A DNA stretch of 64,000 bases, taken from positions 6,190 through 70,189 of the forward strand of contig WVZY01000057.1 of the NCBI GenBank assembly GCA_011772205.1, read 5' to 3'. This document shows, piece after piece, positions 54,796 to 64,000 of the stretch. A program made the position numbers and the translations under genes. The notes below the pieces were generated by a model. That model was given only the letters and a program-made list of their open reading frames with translations. It made no database searches and had not been told where the DNA came from. Origin of the DNA: Candidatus Latescibacterota bacterium (lineage in GTDB: Bacteria; Krumholzibacteriota; Krumholzibacteriia; WVZY01). The first letter of the stretch is position 1; the number at the start of each line of letters is the position of its first letter.

Positions 54796-55292
54796 GCATC
54801 TCTCTGCTTGGCTGCCAAGTAACCATTCCCGTAAGATGATGGTGGCGGATATTTTCAAATATCAATACTTCCTCGATGGTGATCGCGAGCACAGATGAGA
54901 TCTACATCGAAGCATGGACCGCGTAACTTCCAGTAACCTAGCGGCTTAGCCAATTTATCTTCATGCACGATATCTCAGAGTTTTATCATACAAATGTTCT
55001 ATTGGAGTGGTTGGCATTCTGTGTTTGAATGTTGTTATCTTCACAAGCGATTTGTTTCGCACGCGTCAGGAACCGCGTGGCCGCAGGCTGGCCTTGAGCC
55101 AGATTGCAGTGATGGCTTCCACAGCAGAAACAATTGTGAGAGATACCACAATTTTGTCTGCACGGCACACCCAGGGGGCAGCAACAACGGGTTTGCCAAG
55201 CTGTGAGGGGGGCGTATAGTGGTGCAACTAGTTTTTCCAAGGCCAAAACGACCTGAACTCCATATTCTATCCATCTTCGCTCTCTCGGTTAG

Positions 55293-55500
55293 CCGTTATC
55301 CCCGTCCGTTGCACGGGACAATTGCGAAACATGTCTCTGCTGCCTCGGTGACACGGCGCTCACGACGATCAAAAACGGCGTCCTGCGATCGGTGTATGTC
55401 AGCTCCCACACCCTAGACACATCCGTGCATGAAGGTGTTGATTGCATCGCTTGCCATGTCGATCTCGAGGGCATGGAGATAATCTGCTCGAGCTCTTCCT
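55293..55500 (+). pseudogene. Start-less fragment with a CxxCH haem motif (degraded cytochrome gene?)
   Basis: 69 stop-free codons with no start: ...NCETCLCC...SVHEGVDCIACHVDLEGME. Confidence 0.3.
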
Positions 55501-55593
55501 AAAACGTTTCGACAACTAGGCACTGAACAGGTTGCGCTTCCCGCATGTCCCCGTTATATTCAGTCCTATCTAAAACACGGTGAGTGTGACAGC

Positions 55594-56241
55594 ATGCAGA
55601 CGATTATTCTCATCCGTCATGGCGAGAGCGAGTGGAACCTCGAAGGCCGAGTTCAAGGATATTTGGACTCGCCCTTGAGCAACCTCGGCGTGGAGCAGGC
55701 GCACCGCATCGGTGAACGGCTCAAACGCGAGTCGATCGACCATGTGGTGTCCAGTACGGCCTCCCGTGCGATAGATACGTGCCGGATTGCTCTTGGCTCC
55801 CATATGCATGTCGAAACGAGCGATGCCCTCCGAGAAATCAACCTGGGAATCTGGGAGGGCCGCAGATCTACCGATCTCAAGCTCGAATACCCCAGAGAAG
55901 TGGAGATGTGGTACCGGATGCCTTCCCGGGTAAAGATCGATCGCGGCGAATCCCTGCGAGCATTCAGATTGAGGGTAACCAGGGAGTTGGATCGTATCCG
56001 CGCGGAGCAAGCCGACAAAACATTCGCCGTATTTACCCACGGCGGAGTAATTTGCACTTACCTCACCAGCCTGTTGGGCATGAAACTCGATGACCTCTGG
56101 CGCTTCAAGATACGGAACGGATCCATCACGACGATCATTTTTCCCAAAGAACAGCCCAGGATCGCGCTCCTCGGTGATACTCACCATCTCGATGGCTGCG
56201 AACGCATTGATTCACAAGCGGCCACGCGTTTCTTCCCCTGA
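55594..56241 (+). CDS. Histidine phosphatase family protein (phosphoglycerate mutase-like)
   Basis: LIRHGESEWN catalytic motif. Confidence 0.8.
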   Translation: MQTIILIRHGESEWNLEGRVQGYLDSPLSNLGVEQAHRIGERLKRESIDHVVSSTASRAIDTCRIALGSHMHVETSDALREINLGIWEGRRSTDLKLEYPREVEMWYRMPSRVKIDRGESLRAFRLRVTRELDRIRAEQADKTFAVFTHGGVICTYLTSLLGMKLDDLWRFKIRNGSITTIIFPKEQPRIALLGDTHHLDGCERIDSQAATRFFP

Positions 56242-56350
56242 TCCTACGATCGTGTTGCTTAGAGTTCATATAGCAGCCGACCAGTGCTCCCATGCTGGAA
56301 TGTTTCATATTTGAATTTCATCGAGTGGGCTGTATCCGTCGGGAAGGCAC

Positions 56351-57067
56351 TTAACCTCTCGAATACCGTCTTCCCAGCGTGAGTTTGAGATACATTGCCC
56401 CCGCAACGAAGCCTCCGATGTGGGCGAACCAGGCCACACCCCCTTGGGAAAGACCCGTAGACAAGGATGCAATCCCGCTGAATGCTTGCAGAACGAACCA
56501 GAAGACGAGAAGGAATGCAGCGGGGAGCTCTACCAAACGGATAAAGATCCCCAGAAACACCAGAGTCAGCACCCGCGCCCTTGGAAATGCGATCAGGTAT
56601 GCGCCGAGAACGCCGGCAACGGCCCCGCTGGCACCCACTGTGGGAATAGGTGAGTTCGGTTGAAAGGCAATATGCGTGAGTGATGCGATGAGTCCGCAGA
56701 CGAGATAGAAAAGCAGAAACCGGAATGATCCGAGGATATCCTCTACGTTGTTTCCAAAAATCCAGAGGAAAAGCATGTTTCCGAAGATATGAAAGAAACT
56801 TCCGTGAAGGAACATCGAAGTAAAAAGGGTGAGATGGATGATCGGAGGTCCTGGGGTATGAATAATTGGCACGCCTGCGTATCGGCCGATGAGGTCGGTG
56901 TTCCTGACGATTTCATAAGGAGTCGCTCCGTAAGAAGCGACGAACGAGCTGAGTTGCGGTCCAAGCATGAGCTCATAAATAAATACGGCGAGATTTGCAC
57001 CAATGAGAGCGATGGTGACGGCGGGAAAGTGAATCGTTGGGTTTCTATCTTTGATTGGGAAAAACAT
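56351..57067 (-). CDS. Rhomboid family intramembrane serine protease
   Basis: GASGAVAGVLG (GxSG) and downstream AHIGGF His. Six TM helices. Confidence 0.8.
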   Translation of the reverse strand: MFFPIKDRNPTIHFPAVTIALIGANLAVFIYELMLGPQLSSFVASYGATPYEIVRNTDLIGRYAGVPIIHTPGPPIIHLTLFTSMFLHGSFFHIFGNMLFLWIFGNNVEDILGSFRFLLFYLVCGLIASLTHIAFQPNSPIPTVGASGAVAGVLGAYLIAFPRARVLTLVFLGIFIRLVELPAAFLLVFWFVLQAFSGIASLSTGLSQGGVAWFAHIGGFVAGAMYLKLTLGRRYSRG

Positions 57068-57115
57068 TGCTTGCCGTGTCTCTTCTCACCAACGTGTAAC
57101 TGGAAAGTTAAAGCG

Positions 57116-57805
57116 TCACCTGTCGCCGCGGCGCTTATGAATCTTCGCGAATACGGACTCGATGGCAGTGAGTCTCCCGCTTTTTTCGATCCGTTTCGCA
57201 AGCATCATCGTCTCGAGGTGCTCGAGGGATCTCATCGTGTCGACGTCGTACCACAGCGGAAGTAAGGATAGACTCAGGTTTTCCGAGGCGATTCGGTCGA
57301 GTGTTTCTCTTAAGACGGTGTCTTCACCCCACTGCACCTTTTCAAAAAGGCTGGGAAACAGTGCCCGCAGTCCAATGAGGTAGTAGCCCCCATCTGCCGA
57401 CGGACCGAGAACGACGTCCTTATGCTTGAGCTTCTGATAGGCGCGCTTGATGGCGCTCAAGGGAATATCGGGGCTGTCCGTCCCGATGATCACGGCGAAG
57501 CTCCCCTCGTCCTCGAGCAGTTTGGCGAATGCATTCTGGAGCCGCTCTCCCAGGTTTGTTCCAACCTGTGGAAGAAGCAGGTAGCCTGCGGGAGAAATCG
57601 CGCGAATCGGCTCGGGATTCTCGCCCGCGTAAAATATCGTTCCCGAGACCTTCTTGATTTTGGCGATCCTCGCAAAGAGATCCTTCAAAAACGCCCCGTA
57701 AAGCTCGCAGGCTTCGCCATTGGAAAGCGGGGGAACGAGCCTCGTTTTCACTTGCCCCTCCACCGGCACCTTCACGAATACGCCCAGTTTCTTATAGTAG
57801 CCCAT
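57116..57805 (-). CDS. DUF2064/TIGR04282-family nucleotidyltransferase-like glycosyltransferase
   Basis: N-terminal VFVKVPVEGQVKTRL and a family-typical alpha/beta pattern. Assignment from memory. Confidence 0.55.
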   Translation of the reverse strand: MGYYKKLGVFVKVPVEGQVKTRLVPPLSNGEACELYGAFLKDLFARIAKIKKVSGTIFYAGENPEPIRAISPAGYLLLPQVGTNLGERLQNAFAKLLEDEGSFAVIIGTDSPDIPLSAIKRAYQKLKHKDVVLGPSADGGYYLIGLRALFPSLFEKVQWGEDTVLRETLDRIASENLSLSLLPLWYDVDTMRSLEHLETMMLAKRIEKSGRLTAIESVFAKIHKRRGDR

Positions 57806-58337
57806 CGGGAAATCCAGTCTCTGGAACTAAGGGGTTCTTCATGGCGGATATCTCTCATTATAATAAACTCGGTGCCGAGGACAAATTTCAAATTCCTTTC
57901 TCGTAAAAAGAAATACTGCGGAATTTCTCGATTCTGCTGCTGGTTCCTTTGGATCGCAGGTCTTTACATCCTCCAAATATACCTGTTTCGAGCTGGGAGA
58001 GGCCTATGTTTGTCTTGATTTTCGAGGGGATTCAAGTCAATATAAGCATAAGGAACCTGTATGGAATAGGTCCGGCACGGTGTTTGAACTCAATCCCGCA
58101 CTCCTGGTGGCGCTCCGGGTGACAGCAGGATTTCGATCTTATTCCACGGCAAAAGGAATGGCGCACCACGGTATCGGTTCGTATGATTCATCCCTCAAAA
58201 TGACGCTCGTGCAAAATAGAGTATCCACACATATATGGCAATTGTGCTGTGACGCATCGTCGTCCACTCTAATTGCCATAAGCAACGCCGCTGCGGATTG
58301 GTGTTAATATAATCACTCGATTAACTTTTGCAGAATC

Positions 58338-58342
58338 AGGAG
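58338..58342 (+). promoter_or_regulatory. Shine-Dalgarno AGGAG for the PFOR gene
   Basis: Lies 7 nt upstream of ATG 58350. Confidence 0.5.
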
Positions 58343-58349
58343 CGAAATC

Positions 58350-61300
58350 ATGCGTGCTTCGGAAACCAGATTGCAAGATGAAGAAGTGAGGCGGACTATG
58401 AGAAGAAAACGAGTCACGATCGACGGGAACGAGGCGGCCGCTTACGTTGCACACAAGACGAACGAAGTAATCGCCATATACCCTATCACACCGTCGTCTC
58501 CAATGGGCGAGTTGTCCGACGCATGGTCGAGTGGCGGGCGTCCCAATATATGGGGGACCATTCCCCACGTGGTCGAGATGCAAAGCGAGGGAGGAGCATC
58601 AGGTGCTGTTCATGGGGCGCTTCAGACGGGAGCTCTCACGACGACATTCACTTCGTCACAGGGTCTTTTATTAATGATACCGAACATGTTCAAAATCGCC
58701 GGTGAGCTGACACCTACGGTGTTCCACATTGCCGCCCGTACCGTTGCAACGCATGCTCTATCGATTTTTGGCGATCATTCCGATGTGATGGCCGCTCGCA
58801 CAACTGGATTTGCGTTTCTCGCTTCGGCTTCCATTCAGGAGGTTATGGATTTCGCATTGATCGCCCAAGCTGCTTCGCTCGAGGCACGGGTTCCTTTCCT
58901 TCATTTCTTCGATGGATTTCGGATGTCACATGAAACATCGAAAATCGAGCAGCTCAGCGATGAAGACATGCTGGCGATGCTCGATGAGGAATTGATCATG
59001 TCCCACCGGGCGCGTGCGCTCTCACCGGATCATCCGGTGCTGCGCGGCTCGGCTCAGAACCCTGATGTGTTCTTCCAAGCGCGGGAAACGGTGAACCCGT
59101 ATTATGCGGCTTGTGCCGATATCGTTCAGAAGGTCATGGATAAGTTCGCTCGTGTCGTTGGGCGTGAATACAAGCTTTTCGATTATTTTGGAGCACCCGA
59201 TGCCGAGCGTGTCATCGCCATAATGACTTCCGGTGGAGAGGCAGTGCACGAGGCGGTCAATGATCTTGTGGATCGGGGGGAGAAAGTGGGAGTCGTAAAA
59301 GTGCGGCTCTACCGGCCGTTTTCGACCCATCATTTTCTCAGCGCAATTCCAAAATCGGTCCGCGTGATTGCCGCGCTCGACCGGACCAAAGAGCCGGGAA
59401 GCGCAGGCGAGCCGTTGTATATGGACGTAGTAAATGCATTCGTCGAAGGCGGCGCTGAAGCTGGATTCAAAACAGCCCCGCGTATCATTGGGGGAAGGTA
59501 CGGGCTCTCCTCCAAAGAGTTCACTTCTGCGATGGCCAAAGGTGTCTTCGATGAAATGAAAAAAGAGAGCCCAAAAAATCATTTCACCATAGGGATCGAA
59601 GATGATGCGACGGGGACGAGCCTGGATTACGACCCGGACTATTCGACCGAGGCGGACGATGTAATTCGTTCCGTCTTCTACGGTCTCGGCTCAGATGGCA
59701 CGGTGAGCGCCAACAAGAACTCGATCAAAATCATCGGTGAGGGAACGGATAACTTTGCACAGGGGTACTTTGTGTACGATTCGCGAAAGGCAGGCTCTGT
59801 GACGATTTCCCATCTACGTTTCGGCCCGCGGCTCATCCGCTCGACGTACCTCGTCAGCAAAGCGAACTTCGTTGGGTGTCACCAGTTTGTGTTTCTCGAG
59901 AAGTACGACGTGTTGGAGCCGCTTGTTGAAGGCGGAACTTTCCTGCTCAACAGTCCGCACGGTCCGGATGAGGTTTGGGACCGCCTCCCGCGCCAGGTCC
60001 AGGAGCAAATGATCGAAAAGAAGGTTCGGTTCTTCGTCATAGACGCCTATAAAATAGCCCGCGAGACTGGGATGGGAGTCATCATCAACACGATCATGCA
60101 AACTTGTTTCTTCGCGATCTCGGGTGTGTTACCCAAAGACGAAGCAATCGCGGCGATCAAAGATTCAATCCTGAAGACGTACGGGGGGAAAGGCGAGGAC
60201 ATCGTCAATATGAACTTCAACTCGGTGGATCGAGCGCTTGAGAATCTGCATGAAGTGCCCTATCCGGACAAAGCAACGAGCAAAATCGAAATTCCACCAA
60301 CGGTTCCGGAAGAGGCTCCAGATTTCGTACGTGAGGTTACCGCACGTATCATCGCTGGAAAGGGCGATGATATTCCAGTCAGCAAAATGCCGATCGACGG
60401 TACGTTCCCATTGGGAACGACAAAATGGGAAAAGCGCAACATCGCACTAGAAATTCCCGTCTGGGACGAGAAAGTCTGCATTCAGTGCGGGAAATGCTCC
60501 ATGGTGTGCCCGCACGGCACGATCCGATTCAAGGTCTACGATTCGAAATGCCTCGACGGCGCTCCTGCTACTTTCAAGTCTACCGATGCGCGGGATAAGG
60601 AGTGGAAGGGGTTGAAATATACGCTCCAGGTAGCCCCGGAAGACTGCACGGGGTGTGGGCTGTGTGTGGATGTCTGTCCAGCGAAAAACAAAGCAGAAAC
60701 AAGGCTCAAGGCAATCAACATGCAACCTCAGGCTCAGCTGCGCGAGCCGGAGAGTGAGAACTGGGAGTTCTTCCTCGAACTACCCGAGATGGACCGGAAC
60801 AATGTCAAGATGAACGTCCGCCAATCCCAGGTTTTTGAACCGCTCTTCGAGTTCTCCGGCGCTTGTGCGGGCTGTGGTGAAACGCCGTATGTCAAGCTCC
60901 TAACGCAGCTATTCGGTGATCGGGCGATCATCGCGAACGCAACCGGTTGCTCTTCGATTTATGGTGGCAATCTTCCCGCGACCCCTTACGCAGCGAACAA
61001 AGAAGGGCGCGGCCCTGCGTGGTCGAACTCGCTCTTCGAGGATAACGCAGAGTTTGGCTTTGGATTTCGGCTGGCCATCGACAAACATGCGGAATTTGCT
61101 ACCGAGCTGGCGAAAAAGCTGAAATCGGAGCTTGGGTCCGAACTGGTCGACGGGCTCGTTAATGCGGAGCAGAAAGACGAAGCGGGTATCTACGAACAGC
61201 GCCAGCGAGTCGCTAAATTGAAAGAAAAGCTCAAAACGATCGATTCCCGCGAAGCCAGGCAGCTCGAGTCCGTTGCTGATATGCTCCTTAAGAAGAGCGT

Positions 61301-61967
61301 CTGGGTTCTCGGGGGGGACGGCTGGGCTTTTGATATCGGCTTTGGAGGTCTCGATCACGTGCTTGCCTCAGGAAGAAACGTGAACGTGCTCGTTCTCGAT
61401 ACCGGGGTTTATTCGAACACGGGAGGCCAAATGTCGAAGGCAACACCCCGTGCGGCGGTGGCAAAGTTCGCCGCGGGGGGAAAACCGACTCCGAGAAAAG
61501 ATCTCGGTATGATTGCCATGACGTACGGCAGCGTATATGTCGCTCAGGTAGCAATGGGCGCCAAAGACGAGCATACACTCAAGGCATTTCTCGAAGCGGA
61601 GGCCTACGACGGTCCTTCGCTCATTATTGCATACAGCCATTGCATCGCTCATGGAATCAATATGACCATGGGTATGCATAACCAGAAGGCGGCGGTTCAA
61701 TCGGGTGCCTGGCCGCTTTACCGCTATAACCCGGATCTTGCTGCAGAGGGGAAGAATCCTCTTGTTCTCGATTCGGCGGCGCCGAAGATCCCCCTGGAAG
61801 AATACATGTACCGCGAGAACCGCTTCAAAATGCTGACGAAGAGCAACCCGAGGGAAGCGAAACGGCTACTGAAAATCGCAAAACAAGAAGTAATGGCTCG
61901 ATGGAAACTGTACGAACACATGGCTTCGATGACGTACGGCTCCGATAGCGATCAGGATGGTGGATGA
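58350..61967 (+). CDS. nifJ: Pyruvate:ferredoxin (flavodoxin) oxidoreductase, single-chain PFOR (NifJ/PorA type)
   Basis: 1205 aa. N-terminal VTIDGNEAAAYVA. Two 4Fe-4S motifs (CIQCGKCSMVCPHG, CTGCGLCVDVCP). TPP-binding GDGWAFDIGFGG. Confidence 0.9.
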   Translation: MRASETRLQDEEVRRTMRRKRVTIDGNEAAAYVAHKTNEVIAIYPITPSSPMGELSDAWSSGGRPNIWGTIPHVVEMQSEGGASGAVHGALQTGALTTTFTSSQGLLLMIPNMFKIAGELTPTVFHIAARTVATHALSIFGDHSDVMAARTTGFAFLASASIQEVMDFALIAQAASLEARVPFLHFFDGFRMSHETSKIEQLSDEDMLAMLDEELIMSHRARALSPDHPVLRGSAQNPDVFFQARETVNPYYAACADIVQKVMDKFARVVGREYKLFDYFGAPDAERVIAIMTSGGEAVHEAVNDLVDRGEKVGVVKVRLYRPFSTHHFLSAIPKSVRVIAALDRTKEPGSAGEPLYMDVVNAFVEGGAEAGFKTAPRIIGGRYGLSSKEFTSAMAKGVFDEMKKESPKNHFTIGIEDDATGTSLDYDPDYSTEADDVIRSVFYGLGSDGTVSANKNSIKIIGEGTDNFAQGYFVYDSRKAGSVTISHLRFGPRLIRSTYLVSKANFVGCHQFVFLEKYDVLEPLVEGGTFLLNSPHGPDEVWDRLPRQVQEQMIEKKVRFFVIDAYKIARETGMGVIINTIMQTCFFAISGVLPKDEAIAAIKDSILKTYGGKGEDIVNMNFNSVDRALENLHEVPYPDKATSKIEIPPTVPEEAPDFVREVTARIIAGKGDDIPVSKMPIDGTFPLGTTKWEKRNIALEIPVWDEKVCIQCGKCSMVCPHGTIRFKVYDSKCLDGAPATFKSTDARDKEWKGLKYTLQVAPEDCTGCGLCVDVCPAKNKAETRLKAINMQPQAQLREPESENWEFFLELPEMDRNNVKMNVRQSQVFEPLFEFSGACAGCGETPYVKLLTQLFGDRAIIANATGCSSIYGGNLPATPYAANKEGRGPAWSNSLFEDNAEFGFGFRLAIDKHAEFATELAKKLKSELGSELVDGLVNAEQKDEAGIYEQRQRVAKLKEKLKTIDSREARQLESVADMLLKKSVWVLGGDGWAFDIGFGGLDHVLASGRNVNVLVLDTGVYSNTGGQMSKATPRAAVAKFAAGGKPTPRKDLGMIAMTYGSVYVAQVAMGAKDEHTLKAFLEAEAYDGPSLIIAYSHCIAHGINMTMGMHNQKAAVQSGAWPLYRYNPDLAAEGKNPLVLDSAAPKIPLEEYMYRENRFKMLTKSNPREAKRLLKIAKQEVMARWKLYEHMASMTYGSDSDQDGG

Positions 61968-62956
61968 TGGATCTTTCGACGACTTATATGGGAATCGAGC
62001 TGAGAAATCCGCTCGTTCATTCCGCTTCACCTTTAGCGGAGGACCTGGATAACATTCGCCGAATGGAGGATGAAGGCGTTGCTGCAATCGTCATGCACTC
62101 GCTGTTCGAAGAGCAGCTGAGACAAGAAACACGAGAGTTGTATTACCACCTCACTCACGGCACAGAATCCTACGCCGAGTCGCTGTCCTACTTTCCCGAA
62201 CCCGAGGCTTACAGCCTGGGGCCCGAAGAATATCTGGAGCATATCCAAGCGGCGAAGTCAGTCGTATCAATTCCCATAATAGGAAGCCTCAACGGTCATT
62301 CCGCCGGCGGGTGGACGGACTACGCAAAGCGCATCGAACAGGCGGGCGCTGACGCGCTGGAACTCAACATCTATTTTCTTCCCACACATCCGGGAGTTAC
62401 GGGTGCGGAGATCGAGGATACCCATCTAGAGATTTTGAAATCGGTAAAGACCAGCGTTTCGATTCCTGTGGCCGTGAAAGTCAGTCCGTTTTTCAGCGCC
62501 ATGGCCAACATGGCCAAGAAGATGGATGATGCGGGAGCCGATGGCCTCGTGTTGTTCAATCGTTTTTACCAGCCGGACATCGATCTCGAGAATCTCGAGG
62601 TGATTCCAAACGTCCTTTTGAGCACGCCCCAAGCCATGAGGCTGCCGCTGCGCTGGATAGCAATTCTCTACGGCCACGTGAAAGCAAGCCTCGCCGCCAC
62701 CAGCGGCATCCACACCGCACAGGATGTCTTGAAAATGCTAATGGCGGGCGCCAGTGTCACCATGCTCTGCTCTGTTCTGCTGATGAGCGGAATCGGAACG
62801 ATAAAGACAGTGCTCGAGGACATGCGGGTGTGGATGGAGAAGAACGAGTACGATTCGATTCATCTGATGCAGGGCAGCATGAGCCACCGGCGGTGCGAGA
62901 ATCCATCCGCATTCGAGCGCGCCAACTACATGAGAGCGCTCACGCAATACCGGTAA
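61964..62956 (+). CDS. Dihydroorotate dehydrogenase-like TIM-barrel protein (class 1 DHOD family)
   Basis: Start overlaps the PFOR stop (ATGATGG). About 330 aa with a DHOD-like N-terminus (GIELRNPLVHSASP). Confidence 0.65.
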   Translation: MMDLSTTYMGIELRNPLVHSASPLAEDLDNIRRMEDEGVAAIVMHSLFEEQLRQETRELYYHLTHGTESYAESLSYFPEPEAYSLGPEEYLEHIQAAKSVVSIPIIGSLNGHSAGGWTDYAKRIEQAGADALELNIYFLPTHPGVTGAEIEDTHLEILKSVKTSVSIPVAVKVSPFFSAMANMAKKMDDAGADGLVLFNRFYQPDIDLENLEVIPNVLLSTPQAMRLPLRWIAILYGHVKASLAATSGIHTAQDVLKMLMAGASVTMLCSVLLMSGIGTIKTVLEDMRVWMEKNEYDSIHLMQGSMSHRRCENPSAFERANYMRALTQYR

Positions 62957-63078
62957 AAGGATTTCCGCTCCCAGAATCCTCCCACGTTGCATCAGCGAAG
63001 AATGCCGGAAGCGTTTAGAATGGCGCGAAAAGATTTCATGACGCATCCAACTTGGACTGCACCAATGGGACGGTAGTC

Positions 63079-63294
63079 ATGATTGAGAGAAATACTCTGA
63101 TCGAAGATCTCGTCAGAGAACTTCCAAAAGCTGTCGGCTATTTGAGAAAAAGGGGCATCAAATGCCTCGCGTGCGGGGAGCCTATTTGGGGGACGATCGA
63201 GAGTTCAGGTAAGCAAAAAGGATTCACGGACGAAGAGGTTGATCGGATTGTGGAGGATTTGAGGGCGCTCCAAAAGGGCGGCAATGATCCATAA
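63079..63294 (+). CDS. DUF1858 domain protein (hybrid-cluster-protein-associated redox disulfide domain)
   Basis: TLIEDLVRELP...CLACGEPIWGTIE motif. Start could alternatively be ATG 63052. Confidence 0.6.
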   Translation: MIERNTLIEDLVRELPKAVGYLRKRGIKCLACGEPIWGTIESSGKQKGFTDEEVDRIVEDLRALQKGGNDP

Positions 63295-63325
63295 CGCGCA
63301 GCGCTCTATCCGCGCGCTCGGCGCA

Positions 63326-63420
63326 TTGGTTCGTCACCGTCGTCACGCAGCAATTCTCGCTCGCTCCACGTAATGGTTCGTCACTCTCATCTCGCAGCTA
63401 CCGTTTATAAATGGGAGATA
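63326..63420 (+). repeat. Two tandem imperfect 48-nt direct repeats upstream of the next gene
   Basis: TGGTTCGTCACCGTCGTCACGCAGC... and TGGTTCGTCACTCTCATCTCGCAGC..., spaced 48 nt apart. Confidence 0.4.
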
Positions 63421-63424
63421 TCAG

Positions 63425-63934
63425 GTGAAGCCTTTTGAAGAGTTATCTCGTGAGGATTTGATAAAGCTCATCAATGTATACGCCAAGAACTGGCTGGCGC
63501 ATGATGGGTGCTGGTTTTTGGCGGTGGAAGAGAGGTACGGCCTGGAAGAGGCGATAGAATTGGATGCGAATGCGTGGCATCGGTTCGCCGAAATCGAAGC
63601 GACGAGGATAATGAATGCTTTCGATATCCAACTGGGTGGAGGCCTCCAAGCGCTGGAGAAAGTGCTCCAGCACAGGCTTTACGCTGCCATCAACCGGCAA
63701 AACGTGGAATGGGTCGGTGACAAGAAATTTATTTTCAAGATGCTGGAATGCAAGGTTCAGCAGGCGCGCCGCCGCAAGAAGCTCCCTGATTTCCCATGCA
63801 AGCCCGTGGGAATGGTTGAGTTCAGCCGCTTCGCATGGGCCGTGGATCCTCGGATCAAGATGACGTGCATTTCATGCCCGCCCGATCCGGTGGGTGAATT
63901 CTTCTGCGGTTGGGAATTCACCATCGAAGACTGA
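63425..63934 (+). CDS. Conserved hypothetical cytosolic protein
   Basis: 169-aa ORF with RBS-like GGGAGATATCAGG upstream. No recognisable motif. Confidence 0.45.
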   Translation: MKPFEELSREDLIKLINVYAKNWLAHDGCWFLAVEERYGLEEAIELDANAWHRFAEIEATRIMNAFDIQLGGGLQALEKVLQHRLYAAINRQNVEWVGDKKFIFKMLECKVQQARRRKKLPDFPCKPVGMVEFSRFAWAVDPRIKMTCISCPPDPVGEFFCGWEFTIED

Positions 63935-64000
63935 CCCGACTATCCGCCTCCGGCGGGCGGTCTTTGCATAATTGCCGCGTGATAGGGGTTCTTCACCTGC

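Noticed and set aside
57422-58018. 198-aa +-strand ORF between DUF2064 and PFOR genes
   Set aside because: Mostly antisense to the DUF2064 CDS. Remainder lies in the divergent promoter region. No motifs.
1-64000. Alternative genetic code (TGA as Gly or Trp) to explain the internal TGA
   Set aside because: Many well-defined genes here terminate with TGA (for example carbamoyltransferase 1460-1462), so TGA is a functional stop in this organism.

Overview
This is a 64-kb chromosomal window with about 54% GC and dense coding on both strands. Gene content suggests an uncultivated anaerobic Gram-negative bacterium, probably in the FCB/candidate-phyla neighbourhood. Supporting features are a PFOR, class-I two-subunit fumarase, multihaem cytochromes, DsbD, a T9SS-type C-terminal sorting domain, and PorV/PorP-like and DUF1573 proteins. 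TGA is the normal stop codon throughout. No rRNA, tRNA, CRISPR array, transposase or integrase is present, so this reads as core or accessory chromosome rather than a mobile island.

The main units are:
(i) A carbamoyltransferase, a Lon-like AAA+ protease and QueG.
(ii) A 15.8-kb minus-strand operon: a 3209-aa giant surface protein (DNRLRE-like N-domain, DUF11 arrays, T9SS-like CTD); a PorV/PorP-like beta-barrel fused to TPRs; a HAMP-PP2C (RsbU-like) phosphatase; a STAS-RsbW-kinase-STAS fusion; and a GAF histidine kinase.
(iii) Aconitase and FumA/FumB.
(iv) A Mut7-C RNase and M1 and M28 peptidases.
(v) A TPR protein and a HEAT-repeat/HD-GYP pair.
(vi) A MoeZ-like ThiF-rhodanese.
(vii) A multi-repeat DUF1573 protein whose frame is interrupted by one in-frame TGA, exactly at the first Cys of the conserved CGCT motif. 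This is a selenocysteine candidate. It is followed by a TPR-TlpA thioredoxin-like protein.
(viii) A GT4 glycosyltransferase, an FAH-family protein, DsbD, an outer-membrane barrel, an O-methyltransferase, ArsM and a Cys-pair-rich AbrB-type regulator.
(ix) An amino-acid permease fused to tandem Usp domains.
(x) A porin-cytochrome conduit cluster (decahaem MtrA-like, beta-barrel, octahaem lipoprotein cytochrome) flanked by cytochrome gene remnants.
(xi) A histidine phosphatase, a rhomboid protease, a DUF2064 protein, PFOR, a DHOD-like protein and DUF1858.

Most interesting: the putative selenoprotein DUF1573 locus; the operon coupling a giant T9SS-type cargo to a partner-switching signalling module; and the extracellular-electron-transfer conduit.
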